Below are positions 59,464 through 64,000 of a stretch of 64,000 bases of DNA, piece after piece. This DNA comes from Terriglobia bacterium (GTDB lineage: Bacteria; Acidobacteriota; Terriglobia; 20CM-2-55-15): contig CBDAOY010000006.1 of the NCBI GenBank assembly GCA_965198225.1, positions 224,001 through 288,000 on the forward strand, in the 5' to 3' direction. Below the pieces are notes generated by a model, which worked only from the letters and a program-made list of their open reading frames with translations, ran no database searches and had not been told where the DNA came from. Numbering within the stretch: the stretch's first letter is position 1; every line of letters starts with the position of its first letter. The position numbers and the translations under genes are program-made.

Positions 59464-61902
59464 GGCACCGGCACCCGTTCCTTCAGTTCTTCGAACCAGT
59501 TGAGGACGATGTTGATTTGGGGCCGTGCGGATTCCGAGGTTTCGGTTTGGTCCGCAGGTATGATGACCACGAATTGTTCCCCATCAGGCATGATGTCGTA
59601 GCTTCGGTAAGTGCCGAATGCCAGGAACCCCTGGATAGGAAGCGCCTGCTCGTTCGTGACTGTGACGGCACCGTTAGTTGAAACGTCGATGCCAATTATT
59701 CTCCGTGCCCCAGCCCCAGCCTGGAAAACCCGTCGGTAAAACAACTCACTTCCGTCTGGCGACCAGAGCGGAAACACCCCGCCGTTCTGTGTGAGCTGAT
59801 ATTTCACACCTGTCGCCGGAACTGGCTGGACGTAAACTTGGTTGGGCCCACTTTCGCTGGAATAGTACGCCAGCCAGTTCCCGTCAGGGGAGAACACCGA
59901 ACCGGCCGGGAGGGAACCGGGCATGGAGTAAAACACTTCCGGTGCGGCCTCACCATCTAGCGATAACGTCCAGATCTCCCTTTCTCCGTCGCTACCAATC
60001 GCCTGAAAGGAAAGAGTGCGTCCATCCGGTGACCAGGACTCCGGCCAATGCCGGACACCTTCTTCGGCATTCGTTAAGGGTTCGGCGACCCCGCTTCCAT
60101 CTGCGGATTGCCACCAAATGCCCGTGGTTCCATCTCTGTCTGAGGCGAAGGTCAAGCGTTCACCATCAGGCGTCCATATGGGTCGGCTGTTGGTGCCTTC
60201 CCTCGTTAGCTGCCGAATAGCTGAGTTACCAGACAGATCGTAAACCCAGACTTGCCCCTCGCCTTCAGGTGTCTGTACCGCAAGCTGCGTTCCATCCGGC
60301 GAAATGCGGGGCGTCAAATATTGAGCGGGCGGGACGTTGAGCGGTTCCACGCCGCCGTTACGGTCTGCCAATGTGAGAGTACCGTTGGCAGTTGATGTGC
60401 CCGCCCCGACAACGTAAACAAGCGAACCATCGGTAGAGAAACTGAAATGTCCCGTGCCGGTTTGGGCTCCTGGTGCTCTTGCCATACCCTCCACAATCGA
60501 AACCGGTCCACCCGTCACTTCCAGACTCGCCAAATCAAACGGAACTGCGAACAGTCCATCCTCAAGCGCATAGGCGAGATGTCCGGTCGGCACGTAGCGG
60601 GCGTCGCTGCCGCCGCTCAGCAACTCTTTCTGCTCGCCCGTGTCCAGTGACTGCACCACAATCTGTGCTTCGTCCCAACGACCGAGCCCTGTTGCGCTTG
60701 TCAGTGTGAACAGCACCGATTTCCCATCCGGCAATGCTTGTGGTCCATGGACTTGCCCTTCCTCGTTCAATACGAGCGTTTCTGGAGTTCCACCGTTGGC
60801 CGAAACCCACATGACGCCGCCGGGTTCACCCCACACGATCATGTCGTCCTCACTCCAACTCACCCCGAAAGGATTGGTCGCCACATCGCATAGCTTCACA
60901 GGTGCTCCGCCGCTGATGGCAATCGTCTTCAACTGTTGGTCCGTCTGGGACCAGTAGCCAACCGACTGACCATCCGGCGAGAAGAACGGGTTGGTCGGGG
61001 TTTCATCAGTCCCCGGTATGGGATGCGCTTCCAACTCGTCCATCGAACGCAAGTACAGTTGCGTGTTGGCAACATAGACGATGTTGGACCCATCGGGGGA
61101 TACCGCTACAAGAGGACGGCCTGCGTTTGTGAAATCCTGATCGCCGGGTAGCACATGGGAGAACCGGCTGATGGGACGGGGTTCGGGCGGTTTCAGGTAC
61201 CAGCCTGCCACCCCAGCGACGATTACGCTGAGAACGACCGCAAGTGCGATCCATCGCAGTATCGGTCTCGGCGGTGCCTGAATGACATCGGCAACCGGCT
61301 GGACCAGCAGACCTTTGGATCGCTCAACGACTGTTCAATCTCAATCCGCACATCCCCAGCAGCCTGCCACCGGTCCTTCGGTTCCTTGTTCAGACACCGT
61401 CGGAGTAGATGCTGAATACTCGGGTGCAGGCTCGTCTGCAATGCCGTGTACTCAGGGTCGCGGGCAAGAACGGATGCCATCACATCCGACACCAATTCAC
61501 CCTGGAACGCTTGCCGCCCGGTCAGCATCTCGAACAGAACGCAGCCGAATGCCCAAATGTCCGCCCGTTTGTCCACTGGCACACCACGTGCTTGCTCTGG
61601 ACTCATGTAAGCCGCGGTGCCGAGAATGATCCCTTGCTGCGTTGCCGCCAGACTCAATGTCGGCGACTGCGACAAGTTCACATCAGCGCCATCTCCGGCG
61701 AATGCTTTGGCCAGCCCGAAGTCCAGCACCTTGACTTTGCCGTCGGGTGTGACCTTGATATTGGCGGGCTTTAGGTCTCGATGAATCACACCCTTCTCAT
61801 GGGCTGCTTCAAGAGCCTCGGCAATCTGGAGTGCGAGCTTCAGGGATTCTTCGACGGGTATAGCCCCACGCCTCAACCGATCGGCCAGCGTGTCGCCTTC
61901 AA

Positions 61903-62722
61903 CTAGGGCGTGTTAACACTAATGAGCATGAATGTTTTATAATCAGGCATGGAGATCACACAGGAGCAGTATTGTCGCATCGAGCCGGAACTGCCGCGTC
62001 AGCGGGGCAACGTCAGTCTTTCGAACCTGACGGTCTTGAACGCCATTTTGTATGTGGCTGAGCAGGGCTGCAAGTGGCGCGGTCTGCCCAAGCGCTTTGG
62101 CAACTGGCACACCATCTACACCCGGATGAACCGCTGGTCCAAGAACGGGGTGCTCGACGCCGTCTTCGAAAAACTCCAGCGCGAGCAACTGGTGCGCATC
62201 CGGGTGGAAGCCGTTTCGATGGACTCGACCATTGTGAAGGTGCATCCCGACGGCACAGGAGCGTTAAAAAAAACGGTCCGCAAGCGATCGGCAAATCCCG
62301 CGGTGGATGGACCACCAAGATTCATCTGGTTGCCGCGAATGCTCGAACGGCGATAACGTTTGCGCTCTCGCCCGGCCAAGCGCACGACGCCCCGCAGGGC
62401 CGCGAGCTGCTCGCCGGCCTGGGGCCGTTGCCCGCGCCGCTGCCGCTGCTGATGGACCGTGCCTACCAGGACGACCAGACCCGCCAATTGGCTCTGGATT
62501 TTGGGTGGATTCCCGTCGTGCCGCCCAAGCGCAACCGCTTGGAGCCGTGGGAATACGACCGCGTTCTCTACCGCCGCAGGAACGAAGTCGAGAGGCTCTT
62601 CCGCCGACTCAAAGGTTTCCGGCGTATATTCTCCCGCTTCGATAAACTCGACGTCATGTTCCTCGCCTTCCTTCACTTCGCTCTCATCGTCGAGGCACTA
62701 CGTTAGTGTTAACACGCCCTAG
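61903..62722 (+). mobile_element. IS5-family element (IS427/IS1031-like), CTAG (or TA) target duplication included
   Basis: Perfect TIRs GGGCGTGTTAACACTAA / TTAGTGTTAACACGCCC flanked by CTAG. Confidence 0.93.
61949..62706 (+). CDS. IS5-family transposase, two ORFs joined by -1 frameshift at A8 (62266-62273)
   Basis: ORF A: GCKWRGLP..FGNWHTIY.R..RW, DSTIVKVH; ORF B: GKSRGG.TTKIH, DRAY, RNEVERLFRRLK.FRR. Confidence 0.92.
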
Positions 62723-62979
62723 TTCGAGGACGAGGAACCGCGTGCCGCTGTCTTCTTCCAAGCCGTGGATCGTGGCAATGTTCGGGTGGTTTAGCGAAGC
62801 GAGTAGCTTGGCTTCACGTTCAAACCGCGCCAACCGCTCCTCGTCCTTCGCGAACTCCTCGGGTAGAGTCTTGATCGCAACCTGCCGACCCAGCTTCGAG
62901 TCCTGCGCCAGCCACACCGATCCCATGCCTCCCTGACCGAGCTTGTCGGTGATCTCGTAGTGGCCCAGCGTCTTGCCGA

Positions 62980-64000
62980 TCATGGCACCGGCACCCGTTC
63001 CTTCAGTTCTTCGAAGAAGTTCTCGACCACGATGACCTCGGTCGCAGCCGCCTCGCCCTCGCCCTCGTAGGGGCGGACCATCAGGAACCGCTGATCATCT
63101 GACGTGATGTCGTAGAAGTTGTCGCCCGGGCTCACCTGATATCCCGCCGGTATGGTGAACAGCGTCTCCTGCGCCAGCACCTGCCCCGAGCCTGGATCGA
63201 ACTGGGCAGCCACCAGCCCACGGTCCTCATCCACGAAGAACAGCTCACGCCCGCTGTGCGCCCAGAGCGGCCCGAGCCCCCCGTCCCTCGAGACCCGCAC
63301 CCTGGCCGAGTTCACATCGGGGAGCGGACGCACGAACACCTCGTAGCTGCCTGTTTCGTTCGAACTGTACGCCAGCCATCTGCCGTCCGGCGACAATGCC
63401 GGCGCTCCCTCGGCAAACTCGGGTGTCGCCACCAGCGGTATGGCCGCGCTGTCCTCGCCCGGACGGAAAGCCAGGATGTCGCGCAGGCCAAGACCCACTG
63501 CCACGGTTGCCGCGGCGCGGAGCACGAGCCACTCCCCATCGGGACTCCACGACCCTTGGGCGAAGCCGCGCTCTTCGTCGAGCACCAGCACCGCTTCTCC
63601 CGTTCCGTCCGCACGCTTAGACCATACGGTCCCTTCGTTCAGGGGACCCGAAAAGTACGTCACGGTCTGACCATCGGGCGTCCAGAATGGCCTGATGTCA
63701 TCATCCTCGGAGAACGTGAGACGCTCCCGCGGTCCGTCGGGCAGGTGCTTGATCCAGATGTCCCGGTTGCCCTCAACCTCGGCGTTGAACGCCATCCGCG
63801 TCCCGTCCGGTGATAGCCTCGACCCGAAGTTGGTAGGGCTAACGAATGTCCATCCACGATCGACGGACGTCGCCTGGCCCGAGCGCGTTACCCAGACGAA
63901 CTCGGACTGGAGGGCCCCGCCTCCGGCCTGATACACGAGCGTGCCGTCGTCCGACAGCGCGAGGTGGACCGAACCGAGGGAGCGCACACCTACACCCTCG
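62980..64000 (-). CDS. Beta-propeller C-terminus of array copy 4 (5' part outside window)
   Basis: Near-identical to C-terminus of copy 2; ends VVENFFEELKERVPVP with ATGA overlap to copy 3; kinase domain inferred. Confidence 0.9.
   Translation of the reverse strand, partial: EGVGVRSLGSVHLALSDDGTLVYQAGGGALQSEFVWVTRSGQATSVDRGWTFVSPTNFGSRLSPDGTRMAFNAEVEGNRDIWIKHLPDGPRERLTFSEDDDIRPFWTPDGQTVTYFSGPLNEGTVWSKRADGTGEAVLVLDEERGFAQGSWSPDGEWLVLRAAATVAVGLGLRDILAFRPGEDSAAIPLVATPEFAEGAPALSPDGRWLAYSSNETGSYEVFVRPLPDVNSARVRVSRDGGLGPLWAHSGRELFFVDEDRGLVAAQFDPGSGQVLAQETLFTIPAGYQVSPGDNFYDITSDDQRFLMVRPYEGEGEAAATEVIVVENFFEELKERVPVP

Larger units (their letters stand above)
59460..62983 (-). pseudogene. Ser/Thr kinase-beta-propeller (array copy 3), interrupted by IS5 and a -1 frameshift
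   Basis: Removing the IS restores LVLELVEGDT; one missing base at ~61314-61316 separates the kinase from the TM/propeller frame. Confidence 0.88.

Noticed and set aside
57580-63860. Diversity-generating retroelement acting on the propeller loops
   Set aside because: Differences between copies 2 and 4 in the loop checked are not restricted to adenines, and no reverse transcriptase or template repeat is in the window.

Overview
GC-rich bacterial chromosome segment, most likely Acidobacteriota (inferred from gene content and order, not from a database search). Bases 1 to ~44,800 are core genome: thrS (partial, inverted), ogt, infC-rpmI-rplT-pheST-zapBA-6S RNA-ymdB-ffh-rpsP-khpA-rimM-trmD-rplS, thiE, pyrFD/pyrBC, leuS, RNase H, tRNA-Ile2, rpoD-dnaG, mutS2, larB, a UbiA-family gene, efp, nrfHA, selA, purH, an ECF sigma/anti-sigma pair and lysA. 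Many core intergenic spacers hold small palindromic or foldback repeats from roughly ten families. One is a ~275-bp CTAG-bounded element family with a fixed internal hairpin layout but two different terminal inverted repeats. From ~44,870 the window is accessory. It holds a cation:proton antiporter bracketed by two direct copies of that element, a comM 3' remnant, a lipase_3 + SGNH hydrolase pair, an IS256, and a HicAB toxin-antitoxin pair. It ends in a head-to-tail, ATGA-coupled array of at least four Ser/Thr kinase-TM-beta-propeller genes. Two of these paralogs have near-identical propeller scaffolds but differ in clustered loop segments, and two copies are disrupted by frameshifts or an IS5-family insertion. 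This kinase array and the modular 275-bp elements are the best candidates for undescribed biology. All alignments and folds were done by eye.
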